Positions 63,228 to 64,000 of a stretch of 64,000 nucleotides of DNA are shown here, piece by piece. Made by a program: the position numbers and the translations under genes. This DNA comes from Octopus vulgaris (taxonomy: Eukaryota), in contig OX597818.1 in assembly GCA_951406725.2 (NCBI GenBank), positions 82,584,001-82,648,000 on the forward strand, read 5' to 3'. The number at the start of each line of letters is the position of its first letter. Position 1 is the stretch's first letter. The notes beneath the pieces were generated by a model. The model did no database searches and was not told the origin of the DNA. It was given only the letters and a program-made list of their open reading frames with translations.

Positions 63228-63800
63228 CATATATGCATATACATATATTCGGGTAAGAATACATACTCTCGCATATAAATATATATATACGGACGGACAC
63301 AGATACATCATTAGACTTATATATATATATATATATATGTTTGTGTGTGTGTGTGTGTATATATACATATATATTTATGCATGTATGCATATATGCATAC
63401 CTATTGTTTAACGGTATGGTATTTGTGTAGAACGTTAGGGCATGATAATAATGTTCGGTGAAGCATTCTTCCTCACCATTCTGCACCATTTAGCGCATTT
63501 TATGAAAGTATATAACAATAGACAGACACACACACTCACACACATACGCTCACTCATTCACTCACAAACACACACACTCCCACACACACACACGCACCCA
63601 CAAACACACACATGTATATACATACTAACGTCCGACTGCTGCACGCGTATGTCAATACCTATGTGCGTTATTTTCTAGTCTAAACTATATTTTTGCACTT
63701 ATTTCGTTAAATATAATACGATACCTATTTCTGTGGATACATATATGTGTGTGCGTACGCGAATGTGTGTGTCCTTGTAAGTATGTGTATACATATATAC

Positions 63801-63876
<76 letters not shown>

Positions 63877-63901
63877 ATGTAGTATGTGTACATAAATAAC
63901 A

Positions 63902-63939
<38 letters not shown>

Positions 63940-64000
63940 TACATAAATGCATATTCATACATATGCATGTTGCGTCTGAATATATACATATATATATATA
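61325..64000. repeat. Microsatellite-dominated block (TA/TG/CATA/CA)
   Basis: Directly visible, with a unique island at about 62190-62620. Confidence 0.9.

Overview
AT-rich eukaryotic genomic DNA, most likely octopus (inferred from the SINE families and the extreme microsatellite density). It is mostly intronic or intergenic: (TA)n, (TG)n, (TATG)n, (GATA)n and triplet repeats, about 40 copies or fragments of three tRNA-derived SINE families, and decayed transposon remnants (Penelope-like GIY-YIG, R4/Dong-like, Tx1/L1-like ORF1 zinc knuckle, LINE RT pieces, Tc1/mariner, Kolobok/Mutator-like, MITEs). Nearly all ORFs in the supplied track are microsatellite artefacts. No complete gene is supported, only a few candidate exons, including a signal-peptide-like first exon at 26653. 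The main finding is a set of hammerhead-ribozyme-bearing, non-coding insertions in (TA)n tracts. At 58034-59304 a very young array of a structured 359-bp unit carries a type I hammerhead and is arranged as about 1.5 units in one orientation fused to about 2.1 units in the other, inside an 11-bp direct repeat. This fits twin-primed, rolling-circle reverse transcription of a small circular RNA (retrozyme or Penelope-type); the mechanism is inference. A second, unrelated family at 34407-34870 has the same architecture and a canonical-core hammerhead. Both ribozymes share an unusual U-U opposition at the base of stem II. All coordinates were read by eye and element boundaries are approximate.
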